From the NCBI RefSeq assembly GCF_009914755.1, contig NC_060948.1: DNA of 64,000 bases; one strand, 5' to 3'. The position numbers and the translations under genes are program-made. Origin of the DNA: the human T2T-CHM13v2.0 reference genome, Homo sapiens. Every line of letters begins with the position of its first letter. Positions within the stretch are counted from its first letter, which is position 1. This document shows, in pieces, positions 14,130-28,360 of this stretch. The notes under the pieces were generated by a model. That model ran no database searches and was not told the origin of the DNA. It saw only the letters and a list, made by a program, of their open reading frames with translations.

Positions 14130-17100
14130 AGGCCTGGAATAAAGTGGAATGTTACGGTCTCGAATGGAATAAAAATGTATGGAATGGAATGCAATGAAAC
14201 GGAATCGAATGTCATAGAATGTAATGGAATGCAAAAAAATGGAATCCAAAATCATTGACTGGAAAGGCTGGGTGTCGAAAGGAATTGACTCCAATGGAAT
14301 GGAATCGAATGGAATGGAAGTGAATAGAATCGAACTAAATCGAATGGAATGGAATTGATAGGAACGGAATGGAAAGGAATGCAATGATTTGGCATGGAAT
14401 GGAATCGAATGGCATCGAATGGAATGGAATGGAATGCAATGGAATGGAATGTATTAGAATGTAATGAACATTAATGGAATGTACTCGAATGGATTCGACT
14501 GGAATGGAATGTTCTGGAAGTGAATGGAGTCCAATGGAATGGATTCGAAAGGAATGGAATCGAACGGAATGGAATCTAATGGAATGGAATTAAATGGAAA
14601 TGAATCAAATTGAATAGCACGGAATTGAATTGAATGGAATCGAATGCAATGGAATCTAATGAAACGGAAAGGAAAGGAATGGAATGGAATGGAATGGGCT
14701 GGAATGGAAAGGAATCGAAACGAATGGAATGGAATCGAACTGAAGAGACTGGAATGGAATGCACTGGAATGGAAGGGAGTGTAATGGAAGGTTCTCGAAA
14801 ATAATGGAAGCAAATGGAATGGAATTGAATGGAACGGAATAGAGTCGAATGGAATTGAATGGAATGGAATGGACTAGAGTGAAATGGAATCGAACCACAA
14901 GGAATGGACAGGAATAGAATGGTCTCGAATTGAATGGAATCGTATGGAATGGCATCAAACGGAATGGAATGGACAGCCACGGAATGGAATGCACTCGAAT
15001 GCAATGGAGTCGAAACTTATGGACTGGAATAGAATGGACTCGACTGGTACGGACTCCAATGGAATGGAATCGAATGGAAGGGATTCGAACGGAATGGACT
15101 CGAAGGGAAAAGACTGCAATGGAAAGGTCTCGAATGGAATGGAAATTAATGGAATGGAATGGAATCGAATGAAATGGAGTCAAAAGGAATGGAATCGAAT
15201 GGCAAGAAATCGAATGTAATGGAATCGCAAGGAATTGATGTGAACGGAACGGAATGGAATGGAATCCAAAGGAATGGAATAGAATGGAATGGAATCGAAT
15301 GGAAAGGACTCGAATGGAAATCACTCGAATAGAATGCAATTTAATAAAATAGGATCAAATGTAATTGAATGGAATGGAAAGGAATCGAAACGAAAGGAAT
15401 GGAGACAGATGGAATGGAATGGAACAGAGAGCAATGGTATAGAATGGAATGGAATCATCTGGAATGGAATTGAATGGAATGGAATAATATGAAATGGAAT
15501 GGAATGGAATGGAATGGAATGCCCTTGAATTAAATGGACTGGAATGGAATGGACTCGAACAGAGTGGAATGGAAAGTGTTGAGATAGAATGGAATGGACT
15601 CTTTTGGAATGGTCTAGTATGCAATGCAATCGACTGGCAGGGAATCAAAAGGAATGTAATCGAATGGATTAGACTGGAATGCAATGGACTCGAATAGATT
15701 GGAAACGGAATGCAAAGGAATGGAATGGAATAGTATGGAATGGAATGGAAAGGAATGGAGTGGAATAGACTAGAGTGGAATGGAATGGACTGGAAAGCAA
15801 TGGACTGGAATGGAACTTTCTTGAATGGACTGGAATCAAACGGAATGGAATGCAATGCAATCAAATGGCATGGAATAAAATAGAATGAAAGAGAATCAAA
15901 TGGAATTGAATCGAATGGAATCGAATGGATTGGAAAGGAATAGAATGGAATGGAATGGAATGGACTCAAATGGAATGGACTAGAATGGAATGGATTCGAA
16001 TGGAAGGCAAAGGAATGGAATCTATTGGAATGGACTGTAATGGAATGGAATGGAAGGGATTGGAATGGACTCGAATGGAATGGACAGCAATAGAAAGGAT
16101 TCGAATGGAATGAAAAAGAATTGAATGGAATAGAACAGAATGGAATCAAATCGAATGAAATGGAATGGAATAGAAAGGAATGGAATGAAATGGAATGGAA
16201 AGGATTCGAATGGAATGCAATCGAATGGAATGGAATCGAACGGAATGGAATAAAATGGAAGAAAACTGGCAAGAAATGGAATCGAAATGAATGGAGTGTT
16301 ATGGAACGGACTCAAAAGGAATTGAATGTAATAGAATGGAGTGGAGTGGACTCGAATATAATGGACTGGAATGGAATGAAATCACATGGAATGGGAACGA
16401 ATGGAATGGAATGGAAAGGAATGGAATCGAATGGAAAGGAATCGAATGGAAGGGAATGAAATTGAATCAACAGGAATGGAAGGGAATAGAATAGACGGTA
16501 ATGGAATGGACTCGAATAGAATGGACACGAATGCTCAAATTGAATGGACTCGAATGGAATGGAAACGAAAGGAATGTCATCGAATGGAATTGAATCGATT
16601 GGAATGAAATCACATAGAATGGAGTGGAATCAAATGGAATTGAATCGAAAGGAAAGGAAGCGAATGGACTAAAATGAAATGGAATGGAATTGAATGGAAA
16701 GTAATGCAATGGAATAGAATGGAACGAAATTTCACGGAATGGAATCAAACTGAATGGAATCAAATCAATGGAACCAAATCAAATGGAATGGAAAGCAATT
16801 GAATGGAGTAGATTGGATTGGATGGGATTGGAATGAAATGTACTGGAAAGGACTCGAATTTCATGAAACGGAATGGAATGAATTGGAACGGAATGGACTC
16901 GAATGGAATGGAATGTCATGGAATGGCATCAAATGGAATGGCATCAAATGGAATGGAATCGAATGCAATGGAATGCTATGGAATGGAATGGAATGCATTG
17001 GAATGGAATGTCCTCTAATGGAATGGATTCGAGTGGAATGGAATCGAATATAATGGAGTCGAATGAAAAGGAATTGAAAGGAATGGGATCGAATACAATG

Positions 17101-17693
17101 GAATATACTGGAATGTAATGTAATGAACTGGAATGTAATTGACTGGAATGGAATGTACATGAATGGAATGTAATCGAATGGAAAGTAATCCAATGGAATA
17201 GAATCTAATGCAATAAAATCGACTCAGATAGAGTAGAATGTAATGGAATGGAGTGCAGTGCAATGGAATGGAATGGAATGGAATGCAATGGAATGGAATG
17301 GAATGGAATGGAATGGAATGGAATTGAATGGGATGGAATGGTATGGAATGGATAGTAATGGACTGGAATGAAGTGGACTGGAAAAGAATGGACTCAAATT
17401 GAAAGGGCTCGAAAGGAATGGAGTCAAATGGAATGGTCTGGAATGGAATGAACACGAATGTAATGCAATCCAATAGAATGGAATCGAATGGCATGGAATA
17501 TAAAGAAATGGAATCGAAGAGAATGGAAACAAATGGAATGGAATTGAATGGAATGGAATTGAATGGAATGGGAACGAATGGAGTGAAATTGTATGCAGTA
17601 GAAGAGAATAGAATGGAATGCAAGCGAAAGGAAAGGAATGGATTGCAATGGAATGGAATTCATTGGAATGGAAGGGAATGTAGTGTAATGGAC
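14130..17693 (+). repeat. DYZ1 monomer U5 (3564 bp)
   Basis: AGGCCT 14130 to 17694. Confidence 0.92.
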
Positions 17694-20600
17694 AGGCCTG
17701 GAATAAAGTGGAATGTTACGGTCTCGAATGGAATAAAAATGTATGGAATGGAATGCAATGAAACGGAATCGAATGTCATAGAATGTAATGGAATGCAAAA
17801 AAATGGAATCCAAAATCATTGACTGGAAAGGCTGGGTGTCGAAAGGAATTGACTCCAATGGAATGGAATCGAATGGAATGGAAGTGAATAGAATCGAACT
17901 AAATCGAATGGAATGGAATTGATCGGAACGGAATGGAAAGGAATGCAATGATTTGGCATGGAATGGAATCGAATGGCATCGAATGGAATGGAATGGAATG
18001 CAATGGAATGGAATGTATTAGAATGTAATGAACATTAATGGAATGTACTCGAATGGATTCGACTGGAATGGAATGTTCTGGAAGTGAATGGAGTCCAATG
18101 GAATGGATTCGAAAGGAATGGAATCGAACGGAATGGAATCTAATGGAATGGAATTAAATGGAAATGAATCAAATTGAATAGCACGGAATTGAATTGAATG
18201 GAATGGAATGCAATGGAATCTAATGAAACGGAAAGGAAAGGAATGGAATGGAATGGAATGGGCTGGAATGGAAAGGAATCGAAACGAATGGAATGGAATC
18301 GAACTGAAGAGACTGGAATGGAATGCACTGGAATGGAAGGGAGTGTAATGGAAGGTTCTCGAAAATAATGGAAGCAAATGGAATGGAATTGAATGGAACG
18401 GAATAGAGTCGAATGGAATTGAATGGAATGGAATGGACTAGAGTGAAATGGAATCGAACCACAAGGAATGGACAGGAATAGAATGGTCTCGAATTGAATG
18501 GAATCGTATGGAATGGCATCAAACGGAATGGAATGGACAGCCACGGAATGGAATGCACTCGAATGCAATGGAGTCGAAACTTATGGACTGGAATAGAATG
18601 GACTCGACTGGTACGGACTCCAATGGAATGGAATCGAATGGAAGGGATTCGAACGGAATGGACTCGAAGGGAAAAGACTGCAATGGAAAGGTCTCGAAGG
18701 GAATGGAAATTAATGGAATGGAATGGAATCGAATGAAATGGAGTCAAAAGGAATGGAATCGAATGGCAAGAAATCGAATGTAATGGAATTGCAAGGAATT
18801 GATGTGAACGGAACGGAATGGAATGGAATCCAAAGGAATGGAATAGAATGGAATGGAATCGAATGGAAAGGACTCGAATGGAAATCACTCGAATAGAATG
18901 CAATTTAATAAAATAGGATCAAATGTAATGGAATGGAATGGAAAGGAATCGAAACGAAAGGAATGGAGACAGATGGAATGGAATGGAACAGAGAGCAATG
19001 GTATAGAATGGAATGGAATCATCTGGAATGGAATTGAATGGAATGGAATAATATGAAATGGGATGGAATGGAATGGAATGGAATGCCCTTGAATTAAATG
19101 GACTGGAATGGAATGGACTCGAACAGAGTGGAATGGAAAGTGTTGAGATAGAATGGAATGGACTCTTTTGGAATGGTCTAGTATGCAATGCAATCGACTG
19201 GCAGGGAATCAAAAGGAATGTAATCGAATGGATTAGACTGGAATGCAATGGACTCGAATAGATTGGAAACGGAATGCAAAGGAATGGAATGGAATAGTAT
19301 GGAATGGAATGGAAAGGAATGGAGTGGAATAGACTAGAGTGGAATGGAATGGACTGGAAAGCAATGGACTGGAATGGAACTTTCTTGAATGGACTGGAAT
19401 CAAACGGAATGGAATGCAATGCAATCAAATGGCATGGAATAAAATAGAATGAAAGAGAATCAAATGGAATTGAATCGAATGGAATCGAATGGATTGGAAA
19501 GGAATAGAATGGAATGGAATGGAATGGACTCAAATGGAATGGACTAGAATGGAATGGATTCGAATGGAAGGCAAAGGAATGGAATCTATTGGAATGGACT
19601 GTAATGGAATGGAATGGAAGGGATTGGAATGGACTCGAATGGAATGGACTGCAATAGAAAGGATTCGAATGGAATGGAAAAGAATTGAATGGAATAGAAT
19701 AGAATGGAATCAAATCGAATGAAATGGAATGGAATAGAAAGGAATGGAATGAAATGGAATGGAAAGGATTCAAATGGAATGCAATCGAATGGAATGGAAT
19801 CGAACGGAATGGAATAAAATGGAAGAAAACTGGCAAGAAATGGAATCGAAATGAATGGAGTGTTATGGAACGGACTCAAAAGGAATTGAATGTAATAGAA
19901 TGGAGTGGAGTGGACTCGAATATAATGGACTGGAATGGAATGAAATCACATGGAATGGGAACGAATGGAATGGAATGGAAAGGAATGGAATCGAATGGAA
20001 AGGAATCGAATGGAAGGGAATGAAATTGAATCAACAGGAATGGAAGGGAATAGAATAGACGGTAATGGAATGGACTCGAATAGAATGGACACGAATGCTC
20101 AAATTGAATGGACTCAAATGGAATGGAAACGAAAGCAATGTCATCGAATGGAATTGAATCGATTGGAATGAAATCGCATAGAATGGAGTGGAATCAAATG
20201 GAATTGAATCGAAAGGAAAGGAAGCGAATGGACTGAAATGAAATGGAATGGAATTGAATGGAAAGTAATGCAATGGAATAGAATGGAACGAAATTTCACG
20301 GAATGGAATCAAACTGAATGGAATCAAATCAATGGAATCAAATCAAATGGAATGGAAAGCAATTGAATGGAGTAGATTGGATTGGATGGGATTGGAATGA
20401 AATGTACTGGAAAGGACTCGAATTTCATGAAACGGAATGGAATGAATTGGAACGGAATGGACTCGAATGGAATGGAATGTCATGGAATGGCATCAAATGG
20501 AATGGCATCAAATGGAATGGAATCGAATGCAATGGAATGCTATGGAATGGAATGGAATGCATTGGAATGGAATGTCCTCTAATAGAATGGATTCGAGTGG

Positions 20601-21247
20601 AATGGAATCGAATATAATGGAGTCGAATGAAAAGGAATTGAAAGGAATGGGATCGAATACAATGGAATATACTGGAATGTAATGTAATGAACTCGAATGT
20701 AATTGACTGGAATGGAATGTACATGAATGGAATGTAATCGAATGGAAAGTAATCCAATGGAATAGAATCTAATGCAATAAAATCGACTCAGATAGAGTAG
20801 AATGTAATGGAATGGAGTGCAGTGCAATGGAATGGAATGGAATGGAATGCAATGGAATGGAATGGAATGGAATGGAATGGAATGGGATGGAATGGTATGG
20901 AATGGATAGTAATGGACTGGAATGAAATGGACTGGAAAAGAATGGACTCAAATTGAAAGGGCTCGAAAGGAATGGAGTCAAATGGAATGGTCTGGAATGG
21001 AATGAACACGAATGTAATGCAATCCAATAGAATGGAATCGAATGGCATGGAATATAAAGAAATGGAATCGAAGAGAATGGAAACAAATGGAATGGAATTG
21101 AATGGAATGGAATTGAATGGAATGGGAACGAATGGAGTGAAATTGTATGCAGTAGAAGAGAATAGAATGGAATGCAAGCGAAAGGAAAGGAATGGATTGC
21201 AATGGAATGGAATTCATTGGAATGGAAGGGAATGTAGTGTAATGGAC
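17694..21247 (+). repeat. DYZ1 monomer U6 (3554 bp)
   Basis: AGGCCT 17694 to 21248. Confidence 0.92.
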
Positions 21248-24200
21248 AGGCCTGGAATAAAGTGGAATGTTACGGTCTCGAATGGAATAAAAATGTATGG
21301 AATGGAATGCAATGAAACGGAATCGAATGTCATAGAATGTAATGGAATGCAAAAAAATGGAATCCAAAATCATTGACTGGAAAGGCTGGGTGTCGAAAGG
21401 AATTGACTCCAATGGAATGGAATCGAATGGAATGGAAGTGAATAGAATCGAACTAAATCGAATGGAATGGAATTGATAGGAACGGAATGGAAAGGAATGC
21501 AATGATTTGGCATGGAATGGAATCGAATGGCATCGAATGGAATGGAATGGAATGCAATGGAATGGAATGTATTAGAATGTAATGAACATTAATGGAATGT
21601 ACTCGAATGGATTCGACTGGAATGAAATGTTCTGGAAGTGAATGGAGTCCAATGGAATGGATTCGAAAGGAATGGAATCGAACGGAATGGAATCTAATGG
21701 AATGGAATTAAATGGAAATGAATCAAATTGAATAGCACGGAATTGAATTGAATGGAATCGAATGCAATGGAATCTAATGAAACGGAAAGGAAAGGAATGG
21801 AATGGAATGGAATGGGCTGGAATGGAAAGGAATCGAAACGAATGGAATGGAATCGAACTGAAGAGACTGGAATGGAATGCACTGGAATGGAAGGGAGTGT
21901 AATGGAAGGTTCTCGAAAATAATGGAAGCAAATGGAATGGAATTGAATGGAACGGAATAGAGTCGAATGGAATTGAATGGAATGGAATGGACTAGAGTGA
22001 AATGGAATCGAACCACAAGGAATGGACAGGAATAGAATGGTCTCGAATTGAATGGAATCGTATGGAATGGCATCAAACGGAATGGAATGGACAGCCACGG
22101 AATGGAATGCACTCGAATGCAATGGAGTCGAAACTTATGGACTGGAATAGAATGGACTCGACTGGTACGGACTCCAATGGAATGGAATCGAATGGAAGGG
22201 AATCGAACGGAATGGACTCGAAGGGAAAAGACTGCAATGGAAAGGTCTCGAATGGAATGGAAATTAATGGAATGGAATGGAATCGAATGAAATGGAGTCA
22301 AAAGGAATGGAATCGAATGGCAAGAAATCGAATGTAATGGAATCGCAAGGAATTGATGTGAACGGAACGGAATGGAATGGAATCCAAAGGAATGGAGTAG
22401 AATGGAATGGAATCGAATGGAAAGGACTCGAATGGAAATCACTCGAATAGAATGCAATTTAATAAAATAGGATCAAATGTAATTGAATGGAATGGAAAGG
22501 AATCGAAACGAAAGGAATGGAGTCAGATGGAATGGAATGGAACAGAGAGCAATGGTATAGAATGGAATGGAATCATCTGGAATGGAATTGAATGGAATGG
22601 AATAATATGAAATGGAATGGAATGGAATGGAATGGAATGCCCTTGAATTAAATGGACTGGAATGGAATGGACTCGAACAGAGTGGAATGGAAAGTGTTGA
22701 GATAGAATGGAATGGACTCTTTTGGAATGGTCTAGTATGCAATGCAATCGACTGGCAGGGAATCAAAAGGAATGTAATCGAATGGATTAGACTGGAATGC
22801 AATGGACTCGAATAGATTGGAAACGGAATGCAAAGGAATGGAATGGAATAGTATGGAATGGAATGGAAAGGAATGGAGTGGAATAGACTAGAGTGGAATG
22901 GAATGGACTGGAAAGCAATGGACTGGAATGGAACTTTCTTGAATGGACTGGAATCAAACGGAATGGAATGCAATGCAATCAAATGGCATGGAATAAAATA
23001 GAATGAAAGAGAATCAAATGGAATTGAATCGAATGGAATCGAATGGATTGGAAAGGAATAGAATGGAATGGAATGGAATTGACTCAAATGGAATGGACTA
23101 GAATGGAATGGATTCGAATGGAAGGCAAAGGAATGGAATCTATTGGAATGGACTGTAATGGAATGGAATGGAAGGGATTGGAATGGACTCGAATGGAATG
23201 GACTGCAATAGAAAGGATTCAAATGGAATGAAAAAGAATTGAATGGAATAGAACAGAATGGAATCAAATCGAATGAAATGGAATGGAATAGAAAGGAATG
23301 GAATGAAATGGAATGGAAAGGATTCGAATGGAATGCAATCGAATGGAATGGAATCGAACGGAATGGAATAAAATGGAAGAAAACTGGCAAGAAATGGAAT
23401 CGAAATGAATGGAGTGTTATGGAACGGACTCAAAAGGAATTGAATGTAATAGAATGGAGTGGAGTGGACTCGAATATAATGGACTGGAATGGAATGAAAT
23501 CACATGGAATGGGAACGAATGGAATGGAATGGAAAAGAATGGAATCGAATGGAAAGGAATCGAATGGAAGGGAATGAAATTGAATCAACAGGAATGGAAG
23601 GGAATAGAATAGACGGTAATGGAATGGACTCGAATAGAATGGACACGAATGCTCAAATTGAATGGACTCGAATGGAATGGAAACGAAAGGAATGTCATCG
23701 AATGGAATTGAATCGATTGGAATGAAATCGCATAGAATGGAGTGGAATCAAATGGAATTGAATCGAAAGGAAAGGAAGCGAATGGACTGAAATGAAATGG
23801 AATGGAATTGAATGGAAAGTAATGCAATGGAATAGAATGGAACGAAATTTCACGGAATGGAATCAAACTGAATGGAATCAAATCAATGGAATCAAATCAA
23901 ATGGAATGGAAAGGAATTGAATGGAGTAGATTGGATTGGATGGGATTGGAATGAAATGTACTGGAAAGGACTCGAATTTCATGAAACGGAATGGAATGAA
24001 TTGGAACGGAATGGACTCGAATGGAATGGAATGTCATGGAATGGCATCAAATGGAATGGAATCGAATGCAATGGAATGCTATGGAATGGAATGGAATGCA
24101 TTGGAATGGAATGTCCTCTAATGGAATGGATTCGAGTGGAATGGAATCGAATATAATGGAGTCGAATGAAAAGGAATTGAAAGGAATGTGATCGAATACA

Positions 24201-24796
24201 ATGGAACATACTGGAATGTAATGTAATGAACTCGAATGTAATTGACTGGAATGGAATGTACATGAATGGAATGTAATCGAATGGAAAGTAATCCAATGGA
24301 ATAGAATCTAATGCAATAAAATCGACTCAGATAGAGTAGAATATAATGGAATGGAGTGCAGTGCAATGGAATGGAATGGAATGGAATGCAATGGAATGGA
24401 ATGGAATGGAATGGAATGGAATGGAATGGAATGGGATGGAATGGTATGGAATGGATAGTAATGGACTGGAATGAAATGGACTGGAAAAGAATGGAATCAA
24501 ATTGAAAGGGCTCGAAAGCAATGGAGTCAAATGGAATGGTCTGGAATGGAATGAACACGAATGTAATGCAATCCAATAGAATGGAATCGAATGGCATGGA
24601 ATATAAAGAAATGGAATCGAAGAGAATGGAAACAAATGGAATGGAATTGAATGGAATGGAATTGAATGGAATGGGAACGAATGGAGTGAAATTGTATGCA
24701 GTAGAAGAGAATAGAATGGAATGCAAGCGAAAGGAAAGGAATGGATTGCAATGGAATGGAATTCATTGAAATGGAAGGAAATGTAGTGTAATGGAC
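21248..24796 (+). repeat. DYZ1 monomer U7 (3549 bp)
   Basis: AGGCCT 21248 to 24797. Confidence 0.92.
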
Positions 24797-27700
24797 AGGC
24801 CTGGAATAAAGTGGAATGCTACGGTCTCGAATGGAATAAAAATGTATGGAATGGAATGCAATGAAACGGAATCGAATGTCATAGAATGTAATGGAATGCA
24901 AAAAAATGGAATCCAAAATCATTGACTGGAAAGGCTGGGTGTCGAAAGGAATTGACTCCAATGGAATGGAATCGAATGGAATGGAAGTGAATAGAATCGA
25001 ACTAAATCGAATGGAATGGAATTGATAGGAATGGAATGGAAAGGAATGCAATGATTTGGCATGGAATGGAATCGAATGGCATCGAATGGAATGGAATGGA
25101 ATGCAATCTAATGGAATGTATTAGAATGTAATGAACATTAATGGAATGTACTCGAATGGATTCGACTGGAATGGAATGTTCTGGAAGTGAATGGACTCCA
25201 ACGGAATGGATTCGAAAGGAATGGAATCGAACGGAATGGAATCTAATGGAATGGAATTGAATGGAAATGAATCAAATTGAATAGCACGGAATTGAATTGA
25301 ATGGAATCGAATGCAATGGAATCTAATGAAACGGAAAGGAAAGGAATGGAATGGAATGGAATGGGCTGGAATGGAAAGGAATCGAAACGAATGGAATGGA
25401 ATCGAACTGAAGAGACTGGAATGGAATGCACTGGAATGGAAGGGATTGTAATGGAAGGTTCTCGAAAATAATGGAAGCAAATGGAATGGAATTGAATGGA
25501 ACGGAATAGAGTCGAATGGAATTGAATGGAATGGAATGGACTAGAGTGAAATGGAATCGAACCACAAGGAATGGACAGGAATAGAATGGTCTCGAATTGA
25601 ATGGAATCGTATGGAATGGCATCAAACGGAATGGAATGGACAGCCACGGAATGGAATGCACTCGAATGCAATGGAGTCGAAACTTATGGACTGGAATAGA
25701 ATGGACTCGACTGGTACGGCCTCCAATGGAATGGAATCGAATGGAAGGGATTCGAACGGAATGTACTCGAAGGGAAAAGACTGCAATGGAAAGGTCTCGA
25801 ATGGAATGGAAATTAATGGAATGGAATGGAATCGAATGAAATGGAGTCAAAAGGAATGGAATCGAATGGCAAGAAATCGAATGTAATGGAATCGCAAGGA
25901 ATTGATGTGAACGGAACGGAATGGAATGGAATCCAAAGGAATGGAATAGAATGGAATGGAATCGAATGGAAAGGACTCGAATGGAAATCACTCGAATAGA
26001 ATGCAATTTAATAAAATAGGATCAAATGTAATGGAATGGAATGGAAAGGAATCGAAACGAAAGGAATGGAGACAGATGGAATGGAATGGAACAGAGAGCA
26101 ATGGTATAGAATGGAATGGAATCATCTGGAATGGAATTGAATGGAATGGAATAATATGAAATGGAATGGAATGGAATGGAATGGAATGCCCTTGAATTAA
26201 ATGGACTGGAATGGAATGGACTCGAACAGAGTGGAATGGAAAGTGTTGAGATAGAATGGAATGGACTCCTTTGGAATGGTGTAGTATGCAATGCAATCGA
26301 CTGGCAGGGAATCAAAAGGAATGTAATCGAATGGATTGGACTGGAATGCAATGGACTCGAATAGATTGGAAACGGAATGCAAAGGAATGGAATGGAATAG
26401 TATGGAATGGAATGGAAAGGAATGGAGTGGAATAGACTAGAGTGGAATGGAATGGACTGGAAAGCAATGGACTGGAATGGAACTTTCTTGAATGGACTGG
26501 AATCAAACGGAATGGAATGCAATGCAATCAAATGGCATGGAATAAAATAGAATGAAAGAGAATCAAATGGAATTGAAGCGAATGGAATCGAATGGATTGG
26601 AAAGGAATAGAATGGAATGGAATGGAATTGACTCAAATGGAATGGACTAGAATGGAATGGATTCGAATGGAAGGCAAAGGAATGGAATCTATTGGAATGG
26701 ACTGTAATGGAATGGAATGGAAGGGATTGGAATGGACTCGAATGGAATGGACTGCAATAGAAAGGATTCGAATGGAATGAAAAAGAATTGAATGGAATAG
26801 AACAGAATGGAATCAAATCGAATGAAATGGAATGGAATAGAAAGGAATGGAATGAAATGGAATGGAAAGGATTCGAATGGAATGCAATCGAATGGAATGG
26901 AATCGAACGGAATGGAATAAAATGGAAGAAAACTGGCAAGAAATGGAATCGAAATGAATGGAGTGTTATGGAACGGACTCAAAAGGAATTGAATGTAATA
27001 GAATGGAGTGGAGTGGACTCGAATATAATGGACTGGAATGGAATGAAATCACATGGAATGGGAACGAATGGAATGGAATGGAAAGGAATGGAATCGAATG
27101 GAAAGGAATCGAATGGAAGGGAATGAAATTGAATCAACAGGAATGGAAGGGAATAGAATAGACGGTAATGGAATGGACTCGAATAGAATGGACACGAATG
27201 CTCAAATTGAATGGACTCGAATGGAATGGAAACGAAAGGAATGTCATCGAATGGAATTGAATCGATTGGAATGAAATCGCATAGAATGGAGTGGAATCAA
27301 ATGGAATTGAATCGAAAGGAAAGGAAGCGAATGGACTGAAATGAAATGGAATGGAATTGAATGGAAAGTAATGCAATGGAATAGAATGGAACGAAATTTC
27401 ACGGAATGGAATCAAACTGAATGGAATCAAATCAATGGAATCAAATCAAATGGAATGGAAAGGAATTGAATGGAGTAGATGGGATTGGATGGGATTGGAA
27501 TGAAATGTACTGGAAAGGACTCGAATTTCATGAAACGGAATGGAATGAATTGGAACGGAATGGACTCGAATGGAATGGAATGTCATGGGATGGCATCAAA
27601 TGGAATGACATCAAATGGAATGGAATCGAATGCAATGGAATGCTATGGAATGGAATGGAATGCATTGGAATGGAATGTCCTCTAATGGAATGGATTCGAG

Positions 27701-28360
27701 TGGAATGGAATTGAATATAATGGAGTCGAATGAAATGGAATTGAAAGGAATGGGATCGAATACAATGGAATATACTGGAATGTAACGTAATGAACTCGAA
27801 TGTAATTGACTGGAATGGAATGTACAGGAATGGAATGTAATCGAATGGAAAGTAATCCAATGGAATAGAATCTAATGCAATAAAATCGACTCAGATAGAG
27901 TAGAATGTAATGGAATGGAGTGCAGTGCAATGGAATGGAATGGAATGGAATGCAATGGAATGGAATGGAATGGAATGGAATGGAATGGAATGGAATGGGA
28001 TGGAATGGTATGGAATGGATAGTAATGGACTGGAGTGAAATGGACTGGAAAGGAATGGACTGAAATTGAAAGGGCTTGAAAGGAATGGAGTCAAATGGAA
28101 TGGTCTGGAATGGAATGAACACGAATGTAATGCAACCCAATAGAATGGAATCGAATGGCATGGAATGTAAAGAAATGGAATCGAAGAGAATGGAAACAAA
28201 TGGAATGGAATTGAATGGAATGGAATTGAATGGAATGGGAACGAATGGAGTGAAATTGTATGCAGTAGAAGAGAATAGAATGGAATGCAAGCGAAAGGAA
28301 AGGAATGGATTGGAATGGAATGGAATTCATTGGAATGGAAGGGAATGTAGTGTAATGGAC
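24797..28360 (+). repeat. DYZ1 monomer U8 (3564 bp)
   Basis: AGGCCT 24797 to 28361. Confidence 0.92.
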
